From Armatimonadota bacterium (GTDB lineage: Bacteria; Armatimonadota; UBA5829; DTLH01): a stretch of 64,000 nt of DNA. Positions 10,757-19,663 of the stretch are shown piece after piece. Both the position numbers and the translations under genes were made by a program. The DNA is taken from the NCBI GenBank assembly GCA_039679675.1, contig JBDKUN010000028.1, forward strand, positions 64,001 to 128,000. The letters are read 5' to 3'. The notes beneath the pieces are model-generated. The model worked only from the letters and a program-made list of their open reading frames with translations, had not been told where the DNA came from and searched no databases. The first letter of the stretch is position 1. The number at the start of each line of letters is the position of its first letter.

Positions 10757-12363
10757 AAACTACTTCTAAAGAAGGTGAGCCTGTGAAACTGACTGAGGCG
10801 CCTGCGCCGGTAAAGCAGATTAGCTCCAAACAACAGCGTGTAACCGACAATTTAGTCCAGCTTCTGGACGTGCTGCCGTCGCACATACGGCAGTGCCTGG
10901 AGCAGCAGGAAGATTTGGAAGACCTGCTGGAGATAGTGCTCGACCTTGGGCGGCAGGCTGAAGCCCGCTTCCCACTTAGAGTCATAGACCTCTGCGATAT
11001 TCCCGTGACCGCCGAAGAGATAGATTACGTCGTGAGCCGTGTAGGCCAGTTCGGCAAGGACAACCGCGCGGGTATCGAAAGGACTCTTCACCGAATCTCC
11101 GCTATACGAAACCGCCAGGGAAAGATAGTCGGTTTGACCTGTAGAATCGGCCGCGCTGTCTACGGCACGATAGATATTATCCGCGATGTGGTCGAAAGCG
11201 GGAGAAGTATACTTCTCCTTGGGCGGCCCGGCGTCGGTAAGACTACAAAACTCAGAGAAGTTGCGCGCGTTTTGTCCGATGAGTTCAGAAAGCGCGTTGT
11301 CATAGTCGATACATCCAACGAAATAGCGGGCGACGGGGACATTCCGCATCCGGCCATCGGGCATGCCCGCCGGATGCAGGTCGCGACTCCCGATCAGCAG
11401 CACGCGGTTATGATCGAGGCTGTCGAAAACCACATGCCGGAGGTCATCGTGATAGACGAGATCGGGACGGAGCAGGAAGCTTTCGCCGCGAGGACGATAG
11501 CCGAACGCGGCGTCCAGCTTATAGCCACCGCACACGGCAATTCGCTCGAAAACCTGCTTTTGAACCCGACACTTTCGGACCTGGTCGGCGGAATTCAGAC
11601 GGTAACCCTCTCTGACGAAGAGGCGAAGCGCCGCGGTACTCAAAAATCGGTGTTGGAGCGGAAAGCTCCGCCCACATTCGATGTGGTTATCGAGATTATC
11701 GAGGTCGACAAGCTCGCGATACACCATGACGTCGCCAATGTGGTCGATAAGCTCCTTAGGGGCAACCCTGCGCGGCCTGAGATCAGGGTCCGAAACATCG
11801 AAGGCGAGGTCGAGGTCGTCCAGGCGTCAGAAATCGAGGCGAGGCCGACCGAAATTGCTCACCGTCTGGAGCATGAGCATCCTTCCGCGGCTCCAGGTAA
11901 GCCGCTTCCGGCAATCGTCAAGATATTCCCTTACGGAGTGAGCCGGAACAGGCTGGAGCGGGCGATACGCGAGCTTCGGGTCCCCGCTTACATCACGAAG
12001 GACACAACGGACGCCGATGCGGTCATCGCGCTGAAGGCCCATTACAGAAAAGAGCCCGCCAAACTGCAGGAAGTCGGCACGAGGCAGGTCCCGACATATG
12101 TTGTAAAGAGCAACACTTACGCGCAGATTGCAGGTGTGATGCGTGAGATATTCAACCTCGACGGCGGGAACGAAGAGGAGACGGCCTTGAGAGAGGCCGA
12201 AGAAGCCATAGAGCGGGTGCTGGAATATGGCGAGCCGCAGGAGTTGGCCCCACAAAACAGTTTCCTCCGAAGGCTGCAGCACCAGCTTATAGAAAAGTTC
12301 AGCCTGGCGTCTGAGAGCATCGGCACGGAGCCTTACCGCAGAGTCAGGGTCATAAAACCATGA
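10753..12363 (+). CDS. Ycf45/SpoIIIAA-like AAA ATPase with C-terminal R3H domain
   Basis: GRPGVGKTT Walker [25 protein letters not shown]3H motif. Confidence 0.88.
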   Translation: MKTTSKEGEPVKLTEAPAPVKQISSKQQRVTDNLVQLLDVLPSHIRQCLEQQEDLEDLLEIVLDLGRQAEARFPLRVIDLCDIPVTAEEIDYVVSRVGQFGKDNRAGIERTLHRISAIRNRQGKIVGLTCRIGRAVYGTIDIIRDVVESGRSILLLGRPGVGKTTKLREVARVLSDEFRKRVVIVDTSNEIAGDGDIPHPAIGHARRMQVATPDQQHAVMIEAVENHMPEVIVIDEIGTEQEAFAARTIAERGVQLIATAHGNSLENLLLNPTLSDLVGGIQTVTLSDEEAKRRGTQKSVLERKAPPTFDVVIEIIEVDKLAIHHDVANVVDKLLRGNPARPEIRVRNIEGEVEVVQASEIEARPTEIAHRLEHEHPSAAPGKPLPAIVKIFPYGVSRNRLERAIRELRVPAYITKDTTDADAVIALKAHYRKEPAKLQEVGTRQVPTYVVKSNTYAQIAGVMREIFNLDGGNEEETALREAEEAIERVLEYGEPQELAPQNSFLRRLQHQLIEKFSLASESIGTEPYRRVRVIKP

Positions 12364-12989
12364 CGGAGCGAGGTTTTTTCATATCGCTGGAGGGGCCGGA
12401 AGGGTCGGGCAAATCTACCCAGATCCGGCTCCTTGCGGCGTTTCTTGAAGATCAGGGATACAAGGTAGTAGTGACTGCCGAGCCCGGCGGTGACCCCGTC
12501 GCGCAGGAAATCCGCAAGATAGTGCTTCATAGCAAGACCGACATTGTACCTGAGGCGGAGCTGCTGCTGTACCTCGCAGCGCGCGCCCAGCATGTCCGGC
12601 ATATCATCCTCCCGGCCCTTCAAAGAGGGGAAATAGTCATCTCAGACCGCTTTGCGGACTCCAGTTTCGCATACCAGGGGTACGCGAGAGGGCTGGATCT
12701 CGCAACTCTTAAGGAACTGAACGATTTTGCGACCGGCGGGCTCATACCCAACCTCACACTCCTTCTGGATGTGCCTGTCGAGTTCGGTCTGGAGCGCCAA
12801 CAGGACAAAAACCGGTTCGAAGCCGAGTCCGTGGCGTTTCATGAGAAGGTAAGGGCTGGATTTCTTGCTCTTGCGAAGGATGAACCGAAGCGCTGGGCCG
12901 TGATAGATGCTACGGGGAGCATAGAAGAGGTCAGAGAACGGGTAGCAATTGCTGTAGAGAGCAGGTTGCTATCAAAAACTCTTACGTAA
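12360..12989 (+). CDS. tmk: Thymidylate kinase
   Basis: [22 protein letters not shown]. Confidence 0.96.
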   Translation: MTERGFFISLEGPEGSGKSTQIRLLAAFLEDQGYKVVVTAEPGGDPVAQEIRKIVLHSKTDIVPEAELLLYLAARAQHVRHIILPALQRGEIVISDRFADSSFAYQGYARGLDLATLKELNDFATGGLIPNLTLLLDVPVEFGLERQQDKNRFEAESVAFHEKVRAGFLALAKDEPKRWAVIDATGSIEEVRERVAIAVESRLLSKTLT

Positions 12990-12992
12990 TAA

Positions 12993-13021
12993 TTGACTCG
13001 GAATAAGTAAACTGATATAAT
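12993..13021 (+). promoter_or_regulatory. Sigma-70 promoter for tRNA-Gly
   Basis: TTGACT-17 nt-TATAAT. Confidence 0.8.
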
Positions 13022-13036
13022 ATCGCCGTTAGATAA

Positions 13037-13112
13037 GCGGGAGTAGCTCAGTTGGTAGAGCGCTAGCCTTCCAAGCTGGATGTCGCGAGTTCGAACCTCG
13101 TCTCCCGCTCCA
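13037..13112 (+). tRNA. tRNA-Gly (TCC)
   Basis: 76 nt cloverleaf GCGGGAG...CTCCCGC-TCCA; anticodon loop CT-TCC-AA; GTTCGAA T-loop; CCA encoded. Confidence 0.97.
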
Positions 13113-13171
13113 TTTTTGTATCTGCTTTTTTTTGACTACTATATGACGCTGGTTGAATTGAGGTCTGCTCA

Positions 13172-13792
13172 ATGGTCAGAATGACACCAGTATTACTTAT
13201 CATAGCAGCCCTATGTGGCTGTAGCAAACCACACAAGCCTGTCTCCGATAAAGCTTCCGCTGACATGCCTCTTCCTGTGACTAACAACAGTCAGCCGAAG
13301 CTTACACTCAAGGCAGTAGCCAAGTTACCGGATGATACTCTAGAAGACGTGGCTACCACCAATACTTTTGACAAGGTAAAATGCGATGCTTCCACTGGGA
13401 AAGAAATGCTTGCTGCTTTGTCGCATGGTCAGAAGATCATATATATAACATCCACACTTGAGGGCGATGTGTTCAATGGAGGCTTCCACCAGTATTTTTG
13501 TAATACTGGCGGCCAATTTGCCATCGACGCTTTTTACGCCTACAAGGAGATCGGCGCAGTCAAGCATGCCAACCTGGTGGGGAGAGCTATCGTAGTTGCA
13601 GTCAAAGAAAAAGGATTACGAGACAGCATAAAGCAAAGCCAGAACCAACTTGAGGCTTTTGCCGCATCCTACAAAAAGACAGAGCTTGGCGAGCTGGATG
13701 ATGAATTCTACAGGCTGGAAGACGAAGAACCAGCCTGGCCGCTACGTGCCAAGTATATCAGGAAGCACGCAGATGAGTTCGTGGAGAAGTAG
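13172..13792 (+). CDS. DUF4375/DMP19-family protein with lipoprotein-like signal
   Basis: EGDVFNGGFHQYFCNTGG and ELDDEFY motifs; LLIIAALCGC lipobox-like N-terminus. Confidence 0.75.
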   Translation: MVRMTPVLLIIAALCGCSKPHKPVSDKASADMPLPVTNNSQPKLTLKAVAKLPDDTLEDVATTNTFDKVKCDASTGKEMLAALSHGQKIIYITSTLEGDVFNGGFHQYFCNTGGQFAIDAFYAYKEIGAVKHANLVGRAIVVAVKEKGLRDSIKQSQNQLEAFAASYKKTELGELDDEFYRLEDEEPAWPLRAKYIRKHADEFVEK

Positions 13793-13793
13793 G

Positions 13794-13840
13794 CCAAGCT
13801 GGATGTCGCGAGTTCGAACCTCGTCTCCCGCTCCATTTTT
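13794..13840 (+). repeat. 47 bp duplicate of the tRNA-Gly 3' half (attR-like)
   Basis: Identical to 13071-13117 (ccaagctggatgtcgcgagttcgaacctcgtctcccgctccattttt). Confidence 0.93.
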
Positions 13841-13894
13841 ATGTACCTGCCTCTTTCACCTTATTCAGTAGTAGTTTTCCGGGTAGCCTGTCAT

Positions 13895-14329
13895 TCATCG
13901 CTTAAGGGCGAGTACAATGACACCGCCGGCGACCATCGCGATTCCAATCCACTCACGAAACAGCGGCCGTTCGCCAAGAAACACGCAGGCAAAGATCGCA
14001 ACGAGCACCACACTCAGTTTGTCTACAGGCGCGACCTTGGAAGCATTGCCAGCTTGAAGAGCACGGAAGTAGCAGACCCAGGAAGCTCCGGTAGCCAGGC
14101 CGGAAAGACCAAGGAACACCCACGTCTTTGACGGCAGTGTAAAGGGGTTACGCCACTTTCCGGCAAACCAGATGAAGCTGGAAAGCACGACCATGATGAT
14201 TGCGGTCCGAACAAGCGTGGCCAGATCTGAATCGACTCCTTTTATGCCGATCTTTGCAAAGATGGCGGTGAGCGCCGCAAAGACAGCGGAGAGCACAGCA
14301 AGGTAAAACCAGTTAGTAGATGAACTCAT
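13895..14329 (-). CDS. EamA/DMT-family small transporter
   Basis: SAVFAALTAIFAKIG, SKVAPVDKLSVVLV; about 5 TM segments. Confidence 0.88.
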   Translation of the reverse strand: MSSSTNWFYLAVLSAVFAALTAIFAKIGIKGVDSDLATLVRTAIIMVVLSSFIWFAGKWRNPFTLPSKTWVFLGLSGLATGASWVCYFRALQAGNASKVAPVDKLSVVLVAIFACVFLGERPLFREWIGIAMVAGGVIVLALKR

Positions 14330-14563
14330 TATTCCCCCATGCCGTAGATGGTTCCACGGTCCATTACAGAAGAGTTATACGGTATACAGTATACCACCGC
14401 AGCTCGATTATGACGGCAGAACAGCTTCACATGCTCAGCCGATTACGCAAGCGAATGAGTCGAGATTCGCCGTTCTTTTTTATCCTGCTGTGGGAATAGT
14501 ATTAGCAGTGGGGCGATTGTTGCGAGAAGATACATTGGCTTTGCACAAATCGAGGAGCTTATA

Positions 14564-17149
14564 TTGGCAAACGGCTTCAATATCAGAAACGTCAGAGGTC
14601 TATCCTATGACGAAGCAGACAGGATACTGAAGGAAGATGGGCCTAACGAGCTTCCGTCGGCCAAGCCCCGCAGCATCTTTGCTATCGCGGCTGAGGTTAT
14701 CCGCCAGCCGATGTTTCTGCTGCTGGTAGCTGGAGGGATCATCTATCTTCTGCTCGGTGATCTGCAGGAAGCCCTTCTTTTACTGAGCTTTGTGTTCGTA
14801 GTGATAGGCATCACGTTCAACCAGGAACGAAAGACCGAAAATGCGCTGCAAGCGCTGAGAAACCTGGCAAGCCCGCGGGCACGCGTGATACGCGGAGGCG
14901 AAGAAAAGCGGATCCCTGGCCGTGATGTCGTGCGCGGCGATTCAGTGATTATCGCTGAGGGAGATAGAGTTCCGGCTGACGGTGTAGTGATCTCATCTAT
15001 CAATCTTTCCGTTGATGAGTCACTGCTTACAGGAGAGTCAGTGCCTGTGCGAAAGACTGATTGGGACGGAAGCGCGGTTGCCCAGCGTCCCGGCGGTGAT
15101 GACGAGCCGTTTGTGTACTCCGGCACCCTGGTAGTCCAGGGACAGGCGCTTATGGAGGTCAAGAAGACCGGCATTCATACAGAAATCGGGAAGATCGGCA
15201 GGTCTCTTCAATCGCTTGAGGTTGAAAAAACGGCGTTGGAAATGCAGACAGCAAGGCTTGTCCGCAACCTTGCCATCGGCGGCGGCTTCTTGAGCGTCTT
15301 CGTAATCATTGCATACGGACTGACGAGAGGTAATTGGCTGCAGGGCATCCTCGCGGGGGTCGCGCTGGCGATGGCTATACTGCCGGAGGAGTTTCCGGTA
15401 GTACTCACGATATTTCTGGCCCTTGGGGCATGGCGGATATCGCGGCAGCAAGTGCTTACCAGGCGCATGCCAGCTATAGAAATACTCGGTTCAGCCACTG
15501 TCCTATGCGTTGACAAGACCGGAACGCTCACCCTGAACCAGATGTCAGTCGGCCAACTATATGCAAACGGCCGCCATCTGGCGCTAAAGCACGATGGCAG
15601 GCAGACTCTGCCTGAAGATTTTCACGCCCTTATTGAATACAGCATATTGGCCAGCCAGAGGGACCCGTTTGATCCGATGGAGAAGGCATTTCATAAGCTT
15701 GGAGATGAGTATCTGGCTCAAACTGAGCACATCCACAGGGACTGGACCCTTGTTCAGCAGTATCCACTCTCAAAAAAGCTGCTGGCGATGTCGCAGGTCT
15801 GGATGTCAACTACAGGGGACGATTTTGTTATAGCAGCTAAAGGCGCACCAGAAGCCATAGCTGATCTCTGCCACTTCGATGACAATCAGAAAAGCGAATT
15901 GTCCAATCAAATCAGCACAATGGCAGGGAGCAGACTGCGCGTTCTTGGAGTAGCCAGAGCACGCTTTACTAAGTCCGATAAATTGCCGGAAGAGCAACAT
16001 GACTTCTACTTTGAGTTTGTTGGCCTTGTTGGGCTGGTAGACCCAGTAAGGCCATCTGTCCCTGGTGCAGTAAAGGAATGTTACGATGCCGGAATCAAAA
16101 TAGTAATGATTACCGGCGATTATCCCGCCACAGCCCGCAATATCGCCTCGCAGATAGGTCTGGCCAACCCGGATTATATTATCACCGGCGATGGACTGAG
16201 CGCTATGGCTGATTCAGAGCTTCGCAGCAGGATAGAAGATGCCAACATCTTCGCCAGAATGGTTCCTGAGCAGAAACTGCGCCTTGTTCGAGCCCTCAAG
16301 TCAAACGGTGAGGTTGTTGCAATGACTGGAGATGGAGTCAATGATGCGCCAGCGCTTAAGGCATCGGATATCGGCGTTGCTATGGGCGGACGGGGCACCG
16401 ATGTAGCCCGCGAGTCTGCAGGCCTGGTATTGCTTGATGACGATTTCTCATCCATAGTCGCGGCGATAAAGCTTGGGCGCAGGATTTTCGACAACCTCAG
16501 AAAGGCGATGGCCTATATCCTTGCCGTCCATGTCCCGATTGCCGGTCTATCTCTTATTCCCGTGGTGGCTGGATGGCCGCTTGTCTTGCTACCTATACAT
16601 ATCGTATCTATGGAACTGATTATCGACCCTGCGTGCTCTATAGCCTTTGAGGCGGAGCCTGGGGAAGCCAATGTGATGCGGCGGCCGCCGCGCAATCCGT
16701 CGGAGCCTATATTCGACAGGCAGACTGTAGTCCTGAGCATACTGCAGGGCCTGAGTGTCTTGATTGTAAACTTAGGAGTCTTCATTGTGGCACGCGGCAT
16801 CGGGATGAATACTTCAGTCTGCCGGGCGATGACATTCACCACTCTGATCGTGGCAAATCTGGCTTTGATATTGACGAATGTCTCCTGGTCCAGAAGCATC
16901 ATCGCAACTCTTCGCTCAAAAAACCGGGCTATGTGGTGGGTTGTCGGCGGAGCTTTCGTCTTTCTGATACTCATCCTCTATGTGCCGTTTTTGAGACAGT
17001 TGTTTCGCTTTGGGTATCTCGATTTCGCCGAATTTATCATATGTGTATGCATTGGTCTAGCAAGTGTAGCCTGGTTTGAACTACCAAAGCTGGTATTTGG
17101 CCGCCGTGATAGCGGCCGAGGTAGACAAGGGTATTTACATCTACAGTGA
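14564..17149 (+). CDS. P2-type cation-transporting ATPase
   Basis: LTGES, ILPEEFP, DKTGTLT, KGAPE, MITGD, MTGDGVNDAPAL; SD GAGGAG before TTG. Confidence 0.93.
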   Translation: MANGFNIRNVRGLSYDEADRILKEDGPNELPSAKPRSIFAIAAEVIRQPMFLLLVAGGIIYLLLGDLQEALLLLSFVFVVIGITFNQERKTENALQALRNLASPRARVIRGGEEKRIPGRDVVRGDSVIIAEGDRVPADGVVISSINLSVDESLLTGESVPVRKTDWDGSAVAQRPGGDDEPFVYSGTLVVQGQALMEVKKTGIHTEIGKIGRSLQSLEVEKTALEMQTARLVRNLAIGGGFLSVFVIIAYGLTRGNWLQGILAGVALAMAILPEEFPVVLTIFLALGAWRISRQQVLTRRMPAIEILGSATVLCVDKTGTLTLNQMSVGQLYANGRHLALKHDGRQTLPEDFHALIEYSILASQRDPFDPMEKAFHKLGDEYLAQTEHIHRDWTLVQQYPLSKKLLAMSQVWMSTTGDDFVIAAKGAPEAIADLCHFDDNQKSELSNQISTMAGSRLRVLGVARARFTKSDKLPEEQHDFYFEFVGLVGLVDPVRPSVPGAVKECYDAGIKIVMITGDYPATARNIASQIGLANPDYIITGDGLSAMADSELRSRIEDANIFARMVPEQKLRLVRALKSNGEVVAMTGDGVNDAPALKASDIGVAMGGRGTDVARESAGLVLLDDDFSSIVAAIKLGRRIFDNLRKAMAYILAVHVPIAGLSLIPVVAGWPLVLLPIHIVSMELIIDPACSIAFEAEPGEANVMRRPPRNPSEPIFDRQTVVLSILQGLSVLIVNLGVFIVARGIGMNTSVCRAMTFTTLIVANLALILTNVSWSRSIIATLRSKNRAMWWVVGGAFVFLILILYVPFLRQLFRFGYLDFAEFIICVCIGLASVAWFELPKLVFGRRDSGRGRQGYLHLQ

Positions 17150-17368
17150 ATTGTGGTACAAACTAAGAAGTGGCGACTACAGAGTTTCAGGAGATAAAGC
17201 AACAGTCTTAAAGCTATATAAACAGTTCTTTGATGTAGCTATATCTATTGATTTTACACTTATACCTGAAACTCTTCCGGAAGATTTTCGGCAACAGACA
17301 ATATATGACTGGCTGTTAATTAATCAGCCGAAAATCTATAGGTCACAAACCCAGCCGTTAATACTAAT

Positions 17369-17549
17369 ACCGCCTCATACTCTGGCGGCATCTTTGAGAA
17401 AAGGAGGTAATCAGTTGAGTTCTGAAGACAGTGGTAAGCGTCAAGTGGAACCCCCGAGTTCCGATGACCCGGGACATCAATGTTTGATTCAACTCAAAAT
17501 CGATACTCCTTTTTGTGGTGCCGTTGGAGGGCTAATTCCCCGGATTTAA
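17369..17549 (+). promoter_or_regulatory. Structured leader copy 1 with putative 44-aa leader ORF (17415-17549)
   Basis: AAAAGGAGGT SD and TTG paired with downstream AACTCAA...GATACTCCTTTT; paralogous to 18007-18176. Confidence 0.6.
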
Positions 17550-17754
17550 CATCGAATTACCTTCTTTTTAGTGCCATAGGAGTATCGTGTGTGTCGGATG
17601 CTGCTGCATCCGGCGCGCTATCGAAAAATAAGAGGTGCTTCTGCGGCTGAGTTTTGGACTGCTCCATAACACGGTCGGAAAAAGTTGCGTGCGTACGCCG
17701 CGCGCAGCCCTTTTTACTGATTTCGAAGTACCTCTAGAATCGGAGGATACTGAT

Positions 17755-17985
17755 ATGGCAACAGTGGTTAAAAATGACAAGGTCGAGCGATGCTTCTATG
17801 TAGTGCATCCATTGGATGATGTGCCCGAGGAGAAGTTTGATGCCGAGCACCTCGGCCCGATGCCCATGACGCGCAGCGTCAAATGGTCTCTGTTTGCTCT
17901 TCGAGCTTATTTGATCTTGATGGGAGTGCTCGTCGGCTATCATGTGCTTGATCTCGCGGGGCTTTTTGGCCACCACATTCACTAA
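17755..17985 (+). CDS. Small membrane protein associated with NRAMP-like transporter
   Basis: SD GGAGG, 76 aa, C-terminal TM (SLFALRAYLILMGVLVGYHV). Confidence 0.7.
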   Translation: MATVVKNDKVERCFYVVHPLDDVPEEKFDAEHLGPMPMTRSVKWSLFALRAYLILMGVLVGYHVLDLAGLFGHHIH

Positions 17986-18006
17986 ATCGAAGGTTGTTAT
18001 TGAAAC

Positions 18007-18176
18007 ACCGCTCATTTGGCGGCACCCTACATAGAAAAGGAGGCAATCAGTTGGGTACCAACGAAAGCAGTAAACAGTCCGAACCCCCGAGTCCTGATGA
18101 TTCGGGTGACAAGCGATACATTATAACTCAACACGATGCTCCTTTTATGCCGCTGCTGCAGGTTTTCCTCTTTTGA
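18007..18176 (+). promoter_or_regulatory. Structured leader copy 2 with putative 41-aa leader ORF (18051-18176)
   Basis: AAAAGGAGGC SD and TTG paired with AACTCAAC...GATGCTCCTTTT; same architecture as copy 1. Confidence 0.6.
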
Positions 18177-18257
18177 CACAGTAACCCATAGCGCTGGGAG
18201 CACCGTGCGTGCCGGGGTTTTATCCGGTGCGCCAACCGAATGTCTGGAGGTGCTTCT

Positions 18258-19601
18258 ATGACAAAAATACGGGTCCGCCCCGTAGAAGCGGTTTCACATA
18301 TCGACTCAGAGCGGCTTGCGCCGCCTTCAGTCCGAACTACACACAGCCCTTGGGGCCGCAGACTGATGACTTTTCTGATGGTCATGGGGCCGGGCCTTAT
18401 TGTAATGGTATCCGATAATGATGCGGGTGCTGTTTCGACATACACTGAAGCGGGAGCGCGGTTCGGCATGCATCTGCTCTGGCTGCTGCTGTTTCTCCTG
18501 CCATGCACTTATTTTGTCCAGGAGATGGTTGCCCGTTTGGGAATAGCGACCGGCCAGGGGCATGCTGCCATGATCTACAAGCGGTTTGGCAAGTGGTGGG
18601 GCGTGTTCTCTCTTTTCGACCTGCTTCTGGTGAACTTTCTGACACTTATTACCGAGTTTGCCGCCATTGCTCTTGCGGTGAACATAATCGGCATTTCGGC
18701 ATATATAGCTGTACCTCTGGCAGCCGCGGGTTTGATATTTCTGGTCTCAACTGCGAGCTTCCGGCGCTGGGAGAAGGTTACGATTTTTCTGTGCGTCTTC
18801 GATATGGCCTGGTTCATTCTTGGCTGGAAGTATGCCCCAAGTGCCGGAACTGTCATAAGGAACACCCTGGTGCCGAGTATCCCACATGGTGGAATCACAT
18901 CGAGCCTGGTGTTTCTCGTTATTGCAATAGTCGGAACCACGATTGCGCCATGGCAGTTGTTCTTCCAGCAGAGCTGCGTGGCGGACAAGAAGCTGCGGTT
19001 CTCAGATTTGAAGTGGGAAAGGCTGGATACGTTCATTGGGGCCTGTGCCGTTATCATTGTGGCAGGATGTATGATGCTTGCCGGAAACTGGGCTGCCACC
19101 CACATTCCGGGTTTTCACTATGAAGACCCTGCAAAGATGTTCGTCGCAATGGGGCATCTGCTGGGGCCATTCACCCGCAACATAATGCTCCTGCTGATGT
19201 GCAATGCGGCGATTTTGGGGGCTACATCGATTTCTCTTTCGAGCGCATGGGCATATGGAGAAGTCAAAGGCTGGCCATCCAGCCTGGAGCTTCCGGTGAG
19301 AGAGGCAAAAGGGTTCTATGGTACCTATGCCGCATGCGTGGCACTGGCTGCGGCAATAGTGCTTATTCCGAGGGCGCCTCTGCAGTTGATTATCCTCAGC
19401 GTGCAGGTGCTTGCGGGGATTATGCTGCCGTCGGCTATTATCTTTCTTCAGCTGCTGCTAAACGACAAAGAGCTTCTGACAGAGAAGTATGTAAACAAAA
19501 ATTGGAATAACTTGATCAACTGGACGATCATCATCATCCTGTTTGCATTATCGCTTATCCTTGCGGCACAGGTTGTAGCTCCGAACCTTTTCCCGAAGTA
19601 A
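18258..19601 (+). CDS. NRAMP-related divalent cation (probably Mg2+) transporter, NrmT/NRMT type
   Basis: GPGLIVMVSDNDAGAVSTY in TM1 (not the DPGN of MntH), GTTIAPWQLFFQQS in TM6. Confidence 0.85.
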   Translation: MTKIRVRPVEAVSHIDSERLAPPSVRTTHSPWGRRLMTFLMVMGPGLIVMVSDNDAGAVSTYTEAGARFGMHLLWLLLFLLPCTYFVQEMVARLGIATGQGHAAMIYKRFGKWWGVFSLFDLLLVNFLTLITEFAAIALAVNIIGISAYIAVPLAAAGLIFLVSTASFRRWEKVTIFLCVFDMAWFILGWKYAPSAGTVIRNTLVPSIPHGGITSSLVFLVIAIVGTTIAPWQLFFQQSCVADKKLRFSDLKWERLDTFIGACAVIIVAGCMMLAGNWAATHIPGFHYEDPAKMFVAMGHLLGPFTRNIMLLLMCNAAILGATSISLSSAWAYGEVKGWPSSLELPVREAKGFYGTYAACVALAAAIVLIPRAPLQLIILSVQVLAGIMLPSAIIFLQLLLNDKELLTEKYVNKNWNNLINWTIIIILFALSLILAAQVVAPNLFPK

Positions 19602-19663
19602 TAGAGGCAAAACGGGCCAGGAATTACCCCGGCCCCAAGATTGTTTAGCAAAAAGACGATGGA

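Noticed and set aside
14400..14482. Riboswitch or attenuator upstream of the P-type ATPase
   Set aside because: A short hairpin and T-run exist, but there is no recognisable aptamer and no second copy to support the structure.
17076..17549. 157-aa ORF as a full CDS
   Set aside because: It overlaps the ATPase end and crosses AT-rich intergenic DNA. Only the SD-supported 17415-17549 part has a paralog.
17369..18240. M-box, yybP-ykoY or hammerhead (CTGATGA) identity for the duplicated leader
   Set aside because: I could not find the M-box or yybP consensus. CTGATGA is CCGATGA in copy 1 and lacks a correctly placed GAAA. An Rfam scan is still needed.
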